Positions 32,101 through 46,150 of a DNA stretch of 64,000 bases are shown one piece after another (within the stretch, counting starts at the first letter, position 1; each line of letters opens with the position of its first letter). Made by a program: the position numbers and the translations under genes. Under the pieces are notes generated by a model, which ran no database searches, had not been told where the DNA came from, and worked only from the letters and a program-made list of their open reading frames with translations. Source of the DNA: Fimbriosthenelais zetlandica (taxonomy: Eukaryota); NCBI GenBank assembly GCA_977030845.1, contig OZ365113.1:15686001-15750000 (forward strand). Reading direction: 5' to 3'.

Positions 32101-33326
32101 TATACCACTGCCAGACTGGGTATATTCACTGCGGTAATGTGATATTCAAACATGAAACATCACTTCTCCAAATGGGATAATTACTAGTTTGGATTGACTG
32201 GGCCCCTGTGGAGCAATCTGCCTCATTCCACCGCCCTAAGATGACAAATACATATGGAAATAACAACATGAATTTCCACTTCCGTCTCCTATTTGAAAAA
32301 TAAATGTTGTGACTTATGGCTGAAGATGGCCCGCCCGATTATGTCATTCATGAAAGAGATTTGTTGATAGAATCCCAATGACAATTTATTTTCCAAGCAA
32401 TTTTCAATATATTCCAAGCAGTATTCATGATGTTATAATAGCTCATCAGTTGAGTGCATCATCATGGAGAAACAAAGGAATAGTTCGGGCCATTTCCCAT
32501 TTATTGTTAATGAAAATGCTACTAAAATATACCGAAAGCCTGACACTGCTTGTGCCATATCACGAAATGTGACGCAAAATGTGTCTGACGTGGAACCAAA
32601 CTGTTGCAAATGGGCCTTTTAAGCTATTAACTTTTATTGAAATACACGCGATAACTTTCCCTTTGACGAATGGATCATGCCAATTTTAATATTCGTCTGG
32701 GTGTCTATTTGGCACAGATTTTTTCATATAAACCAAATATGTTTGCAATTATAAAATGGACGAATATAGCAATAATTTATTGCCCCTATGTATGCATTTA
32801 TTTAAATTACTAAATGCTCTAATAACCTCTATTAGTATATATGCAGTAGATATTTGCTGGTAAAATAGTCCAATACAAGACGGTCTATAATTAGTCCCTC
32901 TGACCCTGTAATTTGGAAACGGCTGCTGTTTATGGAGCTTTAAAAGGCTTTGTTTTTGATTAAAGCCTGGTGCCTTGCCTGGTGCCAGGTGGACCTTTGA
33001 TCTGTAATGCTGGCATTGTGTCTGACACTGACACATCAGATAACGTGCATTTTCCCAATATACCCTGCCATACCGTACCTACATCATTGAGAGAGAAAGA
33101 ATGAAGAGTGAAAGGGAAAAGAGAGAAGAATGATGTAGATAGAAAAACCAAAGAGAGAGAGAGACAGGACAGAATGATATGCACCGTGTGTGAGAGAACT
33201 CATAAGCTCAGATATCAGTGTAGAATTGATGGAACACTTTATATTTTCCAGACGATCCGCTTGACAAGTAGGAAGGCGGGATCCCAGGCAAAATTAAGGA
33301 TCGTTGATGGGATACCTGTGTATTAA
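23111..33326 (+). CDS. Tandem C2-domain (synaptotagmin-like) protein without a transmembrane helix, predicted N-myristoylated, about 419 aa
   Basis: Phase-consistent exons 23111-23320, 23649-23849, 24083-24223, 24521-24640, 24778-24954, 25940-26016, 26164-26293, 26385-26513, plus a probable last exon 33252-33326 (TIRLTSRKAGSQAKLRIVDGIPVY*). C2A motifs GEIQLSFKY, ADPYVK, TLNPTYHE, VQVWDKD..DDLIGE. Starts MGSSNS. The last exon is less certain; the alternative is 26601-26615 (VISL*). Confidence 0.8.
25241..25866. repeat. Recent tandem duplication, about 315-bp unit x2, in C2-gene intron 6
   Basis: Long near-identical blocks (ctatggtttgcgaagctggcgg..aagggaactagagttttagttccggcttttgacacaaggtgggagg..); ggtccc anchor at 25275 and 25590. 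Confidence 0.9.
27046..27174 (+). pseudogene. Truncated THAP-domain N-terminus (transposase start)
   Basis: MPGCAAVGCSN..VAFHRFPRSNPALTNAWLA matches the THAP N-terminal pattern (M..CxxxGC, FHxFP, W). The distal Cys/His ligands are missing after the deletion junction. Confidence 0.8.
27174..27343 (-). pseudogene. Truncated acidic N-terminus of the second (KolX-like) transposon ORF
   Basis: aaaATGGCG start; MASRSAESSDSEGSEFDFEVNASHLEPFMFEPTCDWGEEEEG..; convergent with the THAP ORF; preceded by an E-box inverted repeat and an ETS motif at about 27366-27399. The family assignment is inference. Confidence 0.5.
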
Positions 33327-35349
33327 GGACTTGTTCTTACTACACTTTAATTACTGGTCTCGACCGAATCTTAACTTATGGAAGTAGTCGTATTAACATT
33401 GAGTGTGGTGGCTGTTAATTGGCATGATTAGTAACTAACAGTTTGCTGTGTGGATAGATGGTGTCATTGTGTACAATGAAAGCATTGATGGTTCTCGCTT
33501 AATGCTCCTGGTGAAATAATGTCTCGTTAAAGCAATTGCACATACATGTATATTGATTAGGGAACGATAGTTGGTGAAATGTTGGTCTTCTCCACTTGCA
33601 TCCATTTATTTCATTGGGTGGCATGGTATTGAAACGAGTAATTGAAGTAATGTCAATTGAATTCAATAGATATTAGTGGGTCAATTTGGGTGGCATTTTG
33701 CCATTTCACTAACGTGTCATGGAAGCATGTGTGTACAGTGGTAGAAGTTTGCTTTATTAAAACCTTGAATTATGGTTCATTCCCTGCAGGGAACTTTTTC
33801 ACCGGACCTGAACTCGCATCACTATAATGGCATTTGTAAGTGAGTCATTGGATAACAATTGTTTTATTACCACGACTTACCCACCTATCCCTATAGTTGT
33901 TGTTGCACGCACACTCCCAGCATTCATTTCTGCATGGAATGTGACTGATTATTTTTTCCGACCATAAGCACAAATCTCTTTCTCCGATCCTATACACCCA
34001 TCTTTCCTATAATTGTTCATATCCCTATAGAGAATTAGTTACAAAAGCTGAAACTACCATCATTCCCTTTCTTGAACATTGAAGATCAGCCTCAAACTGC
34101 ATTTTGGCAATAGTTTTTTTTCACAGATAACTGCCATATGCCGGATGAAGTTGAAATAACTGCAAAGGGCTTTTATCCCCAGGAGAACCATCCTTAGAAG
34201 ACGTTTCCCTTAATTTGTCATTGATCATATCAAAAGATGAAAATCTCCGATGAAAATCAGCACTCATGACACTGATGTATGGGTGATCTTTCAATCTTCA
34301 CTTGGTCGGTCTTTCATTGTGGGCCTTGCTGACATAGAGCAGGGGAGCCCATTCATCAAACTTGTTTACCATTGATCAGTTTCTTCGATATTTATTCTTT
34401 ATCTCCTTTTTCTCTACAAACTTGTTTGAAGAACTTGGAAGACAATGCTCTTTGAAATTGTTCATAAGGGCCAAAAGAAATTTGCATCTGCATCTGAAGA
34501 TTGTTTCAAACATACTGTTATGTGTTGATTGGATTGGTTTGAAGGGTACATTAATATAATTTCTGTGATCCATTGTTATTTCAATGAATTTCTTTTGAAA
34601 TTTGCGTTGGGTGGAGTGACTAATGATTTGACCTCTGTCCTTTGAGTGACTGGAGCAGTGCCTTCTGGTCCTTGATCCAAATAACTTTACCCAGTCCCAT
34701 GCTATAACGTACTATAAGTCATCGCAAGTGTACTTTGACTGGTTTATCAATCAAAGTGTGAATCTTCTAAGGGCTATTCCCTATGTCGTTTATTTTATTC
34801 AGTGTGGAGTCCGAGAGTTTATAACATTCCATTTATGAAGCGAATATTTCTTTAACTTTGCCTTTTTATAATAATATAAGATAAATTATAACTTATATAT
34901 ATATAGCCTTAATTTTCTCCAAGCTGGTCTTGATATAATTTAACAGATTTAATGGCAGGTTATATGCATTTTGCGTGTAGCCTACATTGTTTGCAACATA
35001 ATAAAAAATCTATTATATGAAATCATTCCCTTGCTATTGAAATGTTACTTTAGACATGACTGAATCTCACTCATGATTTAACATGTATCCCTGTCAGAAG
35101 AGGCCATCTACAGGTAGTATGGTTTATCTGAATTTTGTAACGCCTTTGTAACGCAGTGGCGTCGGTTTGACGCGATTGAATCACGTCGTCCAATGTATCG
35201 GTATAGATCTCACTCATCGCGATGTTCGCATACGAAACATTCGTATGAGAATTCTGATGAGTAGTATAAGAAAATGTTCATGGTGAGTCGGCTGATGGTG
35301 AGTCGGCTGATTCAATCTTCACGATTGTAAGCCCGAAATTCATTCAAAT

Positions 35350-36470
35350 GAAGCTAGGAACAAGGCAGGGTCATGTAGGTGTCATCACTAATCTTCATCC
35401 TGGAAGGCCGCTTTATTGTCGAGTTCGTGCAGCCAACTTACACAGCCTCCCCCTGACTCCAAAACCATTCCACCTACAGTCAAAGTTTCTACGACCTGGA
35501 GAGCTGCCTCTGCCCCTCCCCCTGTCAGTGTAGCCGATGGTGGATGGAGATTGGTAGAGGCAGCCAGAATTGGGCTGTCTGAATACCGACCCTGGAGGCC
35601 AAGCTTGGTCGCGGGGTAGGGGCAGTGCCAAGCCAGGCTGGGCTGGTGATACCATCACCCCAGCCACAAATCTGGTCCCCAAGGCAGCCTGGTGCACTGC
35701 CGGCTTCAACATGGCGATATTATCTGGCCAGATTTATCGTGGGGTGAGCGGCCGTCTTGTAGCGTACAAGGCCTGCTTTCATCCTAGCTGGCGATTCTAT
35801 CAGACCACTTGCATCATCCGCAAGCGAGGTTCATTTGGGCATGGGTCGTCAGGTCATGCCCGCCCTGCCCGTTAGCTATGATTGACATGTTCACAGGCAG
35901 TATTTCACATGGACCACCTTTGTTGCAGGCTAACATCCGCCATCTTTGATGGATGGGGAGGACAAAACTTGCCTGCCTTCTCTCATCCTACTTGGCTTTT
36001 CTCAACATTCTGAATATGCGCAGCAGTCTATCCCTGCCCAAACCCCTGCTTGCCCTCAAAGGACTACTTGGCCAGGACTTGAAACACCCGCGTCTCTCTC
36101 CAGACCCCGCGTGCCCTCTACCGGGCACTGAGTAAACCGATGACATGACGTCACAACCCAGTGCAATCTCTGAAGGCTTTGTCGTGCAGCCCTGATAAGA
36201 GACCCAAGACAGGAGGTGAAGCTGGAGCACGGGCCTGATGTTTCCTTGATAAAATACAACCTGAAAATCAAAGGCTCAACTCACTGGGCGACCCTGTGTG
36301 TGCTGTGAACTTTTACTTTAAGTGCCTGTACATAAAAGCCACAAGTCTCATTACCACGGCTCGAGTCGGTGGTAGAGACTGGTTTTTATCCTCAGCCACC
36401 ATCCACAGGACCTAACTGGATCCCCCCTTGGGGCCCTATTCACCAAACCCAATTTAATTCCCGCCGATTG
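35350..36470 (+). mobile_element. Possible highly decayed tyrosine-recombinase retroelement (DIRS/Ngaro-like) fragment
   Basis: GC-rich island with broken frames. Faint resemblance only: FNMAILSGQIYRG (RNase H end), LLALKGLLGQDLKHPRLSP and DPVCAVNFYFK (YR). Confidence 0.2.
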
Positions 36471-38330
36471 ATCTGGTCATTTTTGAGCCACTTTCATCAG
36501 CGACTGTCATTCAGTGCGGGATGAAAAATGAGCTCCGGGCTGTGACTCAAGATGGCCGCGATTTGACGGGATCGTCCTGCGTGGTCAACATCAGCCGACG
36601 CAGATTACATGCTGCCATCAATCGATACTGGCTCATAATGGCAGACCACACATAAAGACCATGCATTCCCACCAACTCATCTTAGATCAAACGTCATCTG
36701 CCTCTTTCAAAGGGGGATATACCATGCTTTGAATATGCATTCATATTGCCTTGATATAAGGTCACCAAGTGGAACAGTCGGACAGCCAACTATTTCTATT
36801 CAAATACTAGATAGTTTGCCTTGCAATATTCTGCTTTGCAGCCCAATAAATTCGCAACACTGCCCTCAACTTGACCGCCTGTATGGGGAGAAAGAAGGAA
36901 CACAAGAACTAATAGTGAAGATCCTACTTCACAGCCATTAAAATTACATTTTAGAAACTCAGTTTCATTAATATTTAGGCTAGTGATACCCACCCAAAAG
37001 TTGCTACACCCAAAACACGGCAGCACAAACCCTGAAAGACTGCCGTGATTGAACCCTTTTGCTTACTTGATGCTTATTGTTGTCTCGACAGGACCTCATG
37101 AAGCCATTAAAGGTAATCATAGGTAACCTGCACCCGCGTTAAGATTTTTAACTCGCCTCTGACAATTTTATTACTACAGTAGTGTAGCCACACAGCTGGC
37201 TTACCCACACGCTCATTGCAAATTAACTTTTCCTGTGGAGTTTTTCCTAAAGTGACAGTTATGGACCCAAGGGCATTTTTCTGATGCCCTCAGCGATTGG
37301 CAGCTCCAGCAATAAATGGCCTTGTTTTGCTCCCCCACTTCTTGTAGGTTTTAAAACCATGGCTTGAATGGAAGAGAAACATCCTGTTATAAGCATTTGG
37401 CCAAGTCATGAAATTGGTGAAATAATCATCATGCAAGGTAAATATCACTGGTCAAATGGAGAGTACAGCTGCTAGACGGGACTCGAGATTGTGGATGTAA
37501 AACACGCGAGTGGGTCTTCCATGGGTTTTACATGCATCCATTTTGGAAACCATTTTTTGCTTTATGAACCAAGATGCAAAATGATACAACAAAGCCTTGT
37601 TATAGAGAAGGGACACAAATACTCCAATCTTCTTGCAATGATCTGAACGCATATTGTATCACTTTTATGTTGATTTAGTTCCCATAAAATGTCGAAGGTA
37701 ATCTAAATTCATCGTGGACTTGATATTATTTTATGGGATGCTGTCCGATTCTCATCATGGACTTCAACTTTATGCATTGGAAGTGTGCAGTCTTTGCAGG
37801 ATCATCTTACCCATGAAAGTAGGCCCAAGAGTTTTTGCTGGACTTGCAAGGCGTGAAACTACACCTACAGGACTGTGAAGCTATCGCTTTTATTGACCAT
37901 CACAAGTGACCAGCAGACTCTGCTTCCTGCCGCGTCCGGCCATCAGTTAGAGACGCGCTGGCGATCCTTTCCACATAGAGCACATCAAAAACAAATCTGT
38001 TGACATTCAGACATGATCCTAGACTCTATCACATCAGCATATCTTAAATGAACAGATTTGTAACATCAGCCGTCGTCCAATCATTTGTCCATGGCCTGAC
38101 ATCAGGGACCACACAGGTCGCCGGACATCACACCCGCGATAGCCCATCCCGCGCCTCCTCCTCATTAGTAGGGATAAACTTGTACCCATTCACCTGCACG
38201 ACTTGAAAATCCCCCCTCAGGAAACTCTCGTCCCGACGAATCTCGCTTTAATCCCCACCAATTCTTGGTCTCTAGGACAGGCAACATCCGGGGGTTTACT
38301 TATCTATAATGATGCCGTGAGCTGGGCGCG

Positions 38331-38343
38331 CCGGAAGTGACGT
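38331..38343 (+). promoter_or_regulatory. Overlapping ETS-CRE composite motif in a CpG-rich island
   Basis: CCGGAAGTGACGT, preceded by GGGCGCG and followed by a GC box-like GGGCGGG; no adjacent gene recognised. Confidence 0.4.
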
Positions 38344-41300
38344 CCGTGGAAGCAGACAGACTTTGGTGCGGGCGGGACGGGCTGTTTTTGGAGGAGAGAG
38401 GCATAATCTGGTTTTGATTGAACATGACGTATCTGGTGGTGACAGATCAGCAGCCTCAACCTCTGCGTCCACGTGATCTATGACCTTTCAGATGGTAGAG
38501 AAGATTTCTCAGTCAGTAATTCCAGCATTTCCCTGCCACCGTCCCTATGGCGACTCGTCTTTTCCAAAGCCCACCATCTGTTCGTCAGATGGATCCCTAA
38601 ACAATAGCGAAAAGTTGCTGTATTCTTGAAGCGAACCGTCGAAGTTATCATGAAGGCCTATTTTAGTTTACTTCGTTGGAAATAACTTGACGCTGTAAAA
38701 TTTGGAATAATGTAGGTGAAAATAGACCTATATATACGCAATATATATCTGCATATTTGTCGCGTCTTATCAACTTCATGGGGCCCGTTTGCCATGAAAC
38801 CAGTTAGAAATTAACCTGACCAGTATTCGCCAGTTACTCCTGGATCCTGGATGCTGTTTCAAAATAGGGGTGAGATTTGACAGATTGAAAATGCGAAATG
38901 AAATTCTCTCAGAAGTTTGACGCGTGTAGAGTGGCACGTTCAGTACTGGCTCAGTCCCTGATTTTCAATACTGCGGGGCTGAGTTTTTAATCCACAAGTA
39001 GGAGAGACTGCCTGATTAATAGAACCAAAGAACACACAATAATGATATGTTTTTATGTGTCGCATCCGGGACGTTTTTGCCTCTGAGATGAACAATTAAG
39101 ATGTGAACAACATGGAGCGTGTCTCTTATCTAAGACTGATTGATTTCAATGAGGCTTTATCTTTAATGAGCCAGATCGACTTGAATTAACCACCCAAACC
39201 GTCATGTAGAGCAGAAAATGAAATCTTGCCTTTTTCAACCCCATATATCACATTAAATTTTATGTCTTATCACAGAGAATTTTCTCTGGACTGGTGTGAT
39301 AAGAGACAATGTGATTGCTAGATATCGTGATTAGGGAAAAGAAAGGGGAGTATTAACTTGTTGGGGCATCACGATTCTGTTTTATATAATTTGTTATGAG
39401 AAGGGGACGTTTTTAAATCTGCAACGATAATGAGTGGCATGGAACATTTGATGTCTATCTTATAATGATTGCCTTTTTACAATCATTAGAAAAGAAATGC
39501 GTCACAATATATCTTCCATAGAAAAACTGTCAAATTTGTTCTTTTCAAATGGATATGAATAGGCCTATGCCAATTTATTGGCATATTTTTTAATCTTTTG
39601 TCATGTATTTTCTGTCTGTCTGCCGTTATCGGCGTCTGTCGGTTGGGTGTCTATCCATGTGTCCGTCTCTGCCCCTGTCCGTCTGATTTCCCTGCTCCAC
39701 GCCACCCCTCTGTCTCTCCACTATATGGTCTTCTTCCATTCATTTTGGTTCATTCTTTGATGCGCTACTAGGATGTCAAGTCATTCCATGTATTCAAGGA
39801 CTTCAGGAACTATATAGGCTACTCTCCGTTCATCTTATCTTTATACAAAGACAGTTTATAAGCTAGCCTATGTCATGGTAAACCTATATGTCTCATAAAA
39901 AAGTCTTCAAGGACAGTGGTGCGCTATGAATCTTTCAATACTTTCTCTACAGCGACACTTCTTGATCCTAAATTTCCGAGGTATGTGAAGATGTAGCTGA
40001 GTATAGAGCAGACCAAGCATGGGATCTGGACGCGTGCTGGCGCGGCAATGGGGTGGCCCTAATGATCCCATTATGTTAGCGGGGTGGCCTGGTCCCTCCC
40101 CTTGGGGCCGCTACCCCTGGCCCTGCCTTGCCGGAGGCCGCTCGCTTGCTAAACCTCCCGCTCCACTTGAAAGGCCAACACGCATGATAAATCCGACTGA
40201 TAGGTAAGACAGATCGCCACCCGCTGTGCCGTGGATCCCTCCCGGGGCTGAGTGCTAGCCGCACGGGGAATGTTGTCGGTGATTTATCCCTCTCACGGGG
40301 ATGCTTGGTGGGCGAAAAGGTCGGCTGGGCGCCCGCCTGCCTCCCTGATATCGGACCGTAACACGCCCGAGCGGGGCCCGCCCCAGCCCCGGCTTCTCAC
40401 TGTAATTACAACCGTATTAGTCGCGACCGTCGTCGACCCCGGACTTGGTCGCGGTCGTCACCAGGCTGGCCTCCAACCCCCACAGCCGCATGTAAACACT
40501 AATCAAACGTGGACAGTTTTACAGGCGACATGATAAGGCCCACCCAGAGGTCTAAAAGTCAGCTTCCCACTGCTGCAGTTGTGGGCCGCGTTTTAATGAA
40601 GTTGACAACAGAGGAGGGTTTGTCAGATTTAGGCAGGGTGGAGGATGATCCGATACTGTACTACAGCTGCTACTCTTACAATACCAACACTAAACTCCCC
40701 TCTAGTACACTCACACAGCAAGCTAGATAACGCCGTAATATGATGTGTTCATTCCACTGATAAGATTCCCAATCCCGACCGCTTATTCATTCCTCTTGCA
40801 ACATCTGAAACTAAATCTGAAACTAAATCCTGTATTTCGTAGTCGAGATAAGAGTCGGAGTAGTGGTAGTCGGCTTGCCGGGACTGTTGGGTTTTAATCA
40901 GATAGAGTCGCATGGATGAAATTGAATTTTTGATGCATCGTCACTTTCTGATAAGTTCTCCCAGCTTTCAGTTGAAACAAATATATTGTGCAAATAACAT
41001 ACTATGTAATCTCTGGAGATAAGTCCTAGAAATATGGATTGAGAATCGGTGTTATACATCAGCACTATACAGATCAAACTTTCTGAAATGAAGTTGGGCT
41101 GTACATACTAGAAGTTTGGTAACTTTTTCATCACTTTTTCCCCTCGCTCAGCAATGCATACACTATATATAGTGAGTACAATTTATTTCCCCAAATCCCA
41201 TCTGCGTCCAACCACGATCTGTTAATTTACGGAGAGGAACTATTGCCATCCCAAAAAGGGCCATATATGTCCCTCACCTCTGACCCTGAGGTCCATTCCA

Positions 41301-44299
41301 TGGGAAAGCATTGTCATTCACTCCCGCGCCCTCTTGTGAACCAGTGGTCGGAGGCCAAGGAAGGCACAGGCCCCCATCTGGCCTTCACCACACACAGAAA
41401 ATTGGATTTTCTAGTCCGGATTTGAGTGTATTATTTACAGGGCCCTTCCACTCTGACAGCCTGCCTTCCTATCTCTGCCAATCATCGCGCCGCCATGGGC
41501 CGCCCCGGTCGCCAAGTCATCGCCACGTGCGAAATTGGTTTGAGAACAATGTGGGATTCAAAGCTGAATTTAGGTTTACCTCGCCATGACATTTTTTAAA
41601 GCGGAACTTGCCGGTGCAGTTAGTTTCCTAATTTAACAGATTTTCTGAAAATTAGGCTTAATTCATATAGGGGTTCACACTCCAACGTCCCATTCATCTA
41701 ATCATGTCCATGGTTGTACTTTGTCTTCCAATGCACCCTTAGCATAATTTGTCCCGTGCGAGTTCTTGTCGCATTTGTTGCAATGTACTTTTCACGCTTC
41801 TTCAAATGGATCTATAGTACAGCGTTTCTATATGTATTCTAAATATCCACCAAAGTAAAATGATGCATGATTGACATTTATTTTTTCCTGCTATCTAAAC
41901 AAATGTCGCGACACTCTATTACAAACACTTTATCTGGAATCTCCCTAACATGGCATACAGGGCTACGAACGTCTATTAGTGTTTATATGTCATGATTGTA
42001 GGTCAATTACATCTTTGGTAGGAAGTGATACATCATGGAATTGGCAACGTTTAGTCCACTGCCATTATGTCGCGCTGATCTAGGAAGAAGACAGATGGTG
42101 TTATTTGCATGTTATATCATTGTTACGTATCCCAGGCAAGGAAAGATTCGTCAAGAACAAGTTTGCGAAATCTTCAGTCCCTTTCAATTAAAATAGTCAT
42201 ATCGACTATTGTTTTTCTGTTGATCCCAATAGAAATGCTTAAAAGATCTAAATTTCCACCAGGAAAATATCTTTGACAGCTTTTTCGCCACTGCCACTGT
42301 ACCATTGTACATTGTGAACGATCATGTCATCATTATGGTCTCAATTCTGTTTAGAATACATGTTGACATGCATAGTTTTAAAACTATGCATGTTAGCCAA
42401 TTGGCTTCATCATGCATATAAGATGATTATAATAATTACCTTTATGTGGCACGTGTCATCAAGTATAAATCACAATTTAACAGAAATCAGGCGCCAGGAA
42501 TGCATCGCGGAATTCATCTGCAACAAGGAGACAGAACGAGAGGAAGACAAATGGACAAATGGACAAATCACTTATTAGAGAACAACCGGGAACAAGAAAC
42601 AAAACTTTTCAAATTCCTTCCATTGTAAAGAAATGGAACTTTAGAGAAACTTTGTAAAAGGCATGTGGAAGCAGTTGGTGTCTTTCTGCATGGTTAAATG
42701 GCACCAACTCTTAATTGGTTTAACTGATTACCTGAGGGCAGCCCTGTAGGGACTGTTTGGGGGCGACTAAAAGCCCTCCGCTATCAGATGTAGACTGGAG
42801 GGCGCGAGTCACACATTCTCGTGTATTCTAGTATACAAAGCTGGTAAAATTTGTTCTGATTCACGAACAAAGGGAACATTTCATTCATCAAGGCGACAAG
42901 TACCCCCCCAGTAAACGCTTGGTTTAAAGGATAATTCTCGTATTTCTGCATTATATGCAACTCCTATATATATACTGGCCAACACTTTTAGATTCAACTT
43001 ACCAATGTTTACAATGATTCATATACTATTTACTTTCATCTGTTAGATCGTAAGTTTCATTTATCCAATCCAATTATTTAATTAAACCTCGTGATCAGCC
43101 GTCCATTGTGGTCGTCTTCACTTCATGTTAGTTTAATTTTAATTGTTACGACTCGGGTTCCATCTTGATAAATTATCCACCACTTTGAATATCCGGACCA
43201 AATTTCTATATACCTCCAATTATCTCTCCTTCCCACGCACTACTTTCAAACTAATGTGGGAAAATCTGTTCAAATTCAGCTCTAATCAATGAGATCTTTA
43301 GTGATGCACAGATACACAAGTATTGAGAAAAACTCAAAGTTTGAATCTCATTTCTTGGAAATTCACTAATAAAAACCTGAAAGAGGAGGGAGGAAAGTGT
43401 TAAATCTGGATTTAATTAATCAAACAATGAACTCCCATTTCTCTGCTACACCTTGGTTCCATGTCACTAATCTTATAAGGTAAATTAGTTTTAATTTGGC
43501 CTGCATGTCGGTGTAACGTTACGCCACCCTTCCATGCTTCTCTTCAATACATCATTGCAATGTCTCACTCCCCATGATTAATGTATCCAAAAGTGGCCTC
43601 ACTGACGCGCACCTTTGGATTCAGTTTGGTCCAGGGTTAAGATTCATTTTCAAAGCCTGTGATTGTAAATCACCTAAGATGAACTCTGTGATAGGATTGT
43701 TCCTATTACCGTTTCTTCAACTGAAGTTCATGCATGCCAAAATTATACATGGTTTGTTTCCCATTGACGCAAGGCTCTATATGCATGTGAATTGAAATGT
43801 TTCCCATCGCTTTCTCACAGGTGCAGTAATTCATTTAATTGTTAGATGGACTTCCACATTGTTGTCTAAATGCCTCACACCCTTTGTTTCTTGTTAACTT
43901 TAAAACAAGTTCCACTTATAGCTACATTGATTCAAAATAACGTTAAATTTTATATTTACGAAGTTTCGGATCATTTGACTTTTATATTGTGGGTACATTT
44001 TGGAGCACGATAAAATTGAGCTGCCTTTTGTTTCCGGCCTAAATGTAGAAACTTTGTCATGCAGACATGAATCTATTGACGAGGCTCGTGCGCTTTATTT
44101 TTATGAGACGTGCACCCAGATTTAACCGGACGCGAAAAATCTAACTTTTATTCCGTATCGGAAGCACCTTTCCTTCCACTATTGTCTATGCTTTCTTTTA
44201 CCATCAAGTTTCACGAACTTACTCCCATAGGAAATATATATATGGCGCTAAAGTAATGTCTTTTCACTTGTGTTCTTTATGGGAGTTTCACTAAGACCC

Positions 44300-46150
44300 T
44301 TGTCAGGCTCCCAGTAGAAGAGAAAATGCTATCAGGCCTTGGACTGCGGGTCCCAACATAGTCTCCGCCCTGATAGGGCAGGATTTATGCACCCTGAGCC
44401 TTATCAGGGCCCACTCCCCGATGGCAGAAGCAAGACTTATGTAAAGAAAGACGCCCAGGATGTGGTACTTTGTGTGTAGTAATGTTGGGAGATAAAGGCT
44501 GGTCCGGGTCCAGCAATATTGGGCCCTTCCCCCTGGACGAAGGAGGAAGGGGAGGACTTAATCTTGTCCTTGGGTACTCGACACGGCAGATCAGGGTGGA
44601 GGGGCATGTGCGGGAAAGTTGGGAGAGTAGACCTACAAGCACATGCTGGTTCCATATCCAGACTGGTCTTTTGCTCCATTCAGAGGAATTTTGTTATATT
44701 TTAACAGTGCTTGAAATATAAAGCCCTTGTCATTTTGTGGCTATATATACACTTTTATGGATGTGTTAGGAAAATTATGCACCGGTCATCTATTTTACCC
44801 AATGTGGATGTTTTAACAATGCTTTATATCGTTAACATTCAAAAGGTTTCTGATATTGTTTGCCTGCTAGTTTCAGATTCCCATTCAGCTATAATGTTCA
44901 TTCAGTCCTTATCTGTCCATTATGACTGTCAATTGATACCCTTTATTTTAGATAGCCAGATAGCCCCTCATACAATTTAACTTTTTCCTCCTATTCGACT
45001 TTATAGGATTTTATCAATGCCCTTGTCAACGCCCCCGCAAAAACCTGCAGCATTGACTCGATGGCATCAGGGCATTTTTTGCATTCCATAGAATCGCCTT
45101 GGCATATAGCCTCGGTTTGTTGTTTGGAATGATACATTGTCCAACCTTATGGGCACCTATACACTGACGGGGTGTATCATTTTATGAATTACTCCTGATG
45201 AGTCCAGATAGATTAAATATAGGGTTCTACTTGATTAGTGGCTATAAGGCATACCACAGAGCGATGTGGAGTCTGTTATTATGAGGCCAGCCAGATCATC
45301 AGTGGGATCTCTAAAGAGGAATAATTGGAGTATCAGATGACTAAACGTAGATAACAGTGTTTGCCACTGTCTGAAAAGCACAAAACACTCGTATCTTCTA
45401 AACCAACTCGCCTACCAACAAATTTAACAAAAGCACTCTAATTTATGATGGATTAAGAGTAGGTGTTTTTTCTATCATAAATCATCCTCTGCCGAGCTCT
45501 TCTATACTTTGAGTAACCACCAATTTAAATCGGATGATTAAATGGCCAAAAGAGACTATCAAGATTAAAGTATGTATACGGATAGACAGGTCTGAGACTT
45601 GCGTTAGGCAGTCTCTGATCCTCCTACATACTTACACCCCCTCATCTGATCCCGTGTCTACATACATCGCCTTGCAGTACAGCTTGTGAGATTAGAAACT
45701 GATACGGGATTTGATCTGTTTGGGATGGAGGGGGAAAAGCAGGACCAGGGGGTTGGGAGAGAAGGCTGGGGGTGAGGAGGGAGTAGATAGTGGTACTTAT
45801 TCATATATTTCTATTATAGCGGGATCCTAAGTTTGATCATCCAGCTTCTTGGATCGATACGGACTATGATCTTTTACTGGTGGCAGGATATAGTGTTACC
45901 TTTGTGTGTGTGAGATGTCAATGCAGGCTGGTGTCCTATAGATGACATCAGGACTGACCCCCCGACAGATCTGTATATGTATGTATGTAGTCCTATACTG
46001 GTGAAGGGTGAGGGTATAGAGAGACAGGGGGACTGAGATATAGTCCCTGCCTGACGTCTATAAGTCCCCCTCCTGAAGTTTATGAGAAAAATCGATGGAG
46101 ACTTTGTGATTGTTGATCTCATCTGTGTAGGCGTATCGCTTTTCATATAC
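44300..46150 (-). mobile_element. Highly decayed CR1/L2-type LINE ORF2 fragment
   Basis: Motif remnants in the expected order on the - strand, across frameshifts and stops: VIYRTP (about 45940; endonuclease YRPP), YRRARQRMIYDRKNTY (about 45480; linker), KKCPDAI (about 45070), KYHILGVFL (about 44460; late RT). Confidence 0.3.

Noticed and set aside
41597-43917. Possible second Kolobok (ttaa-agcggaacttg .. caagttccact)
   Set aside because: Only about 11 bp match and the right flank is TATA rather than TTAA.
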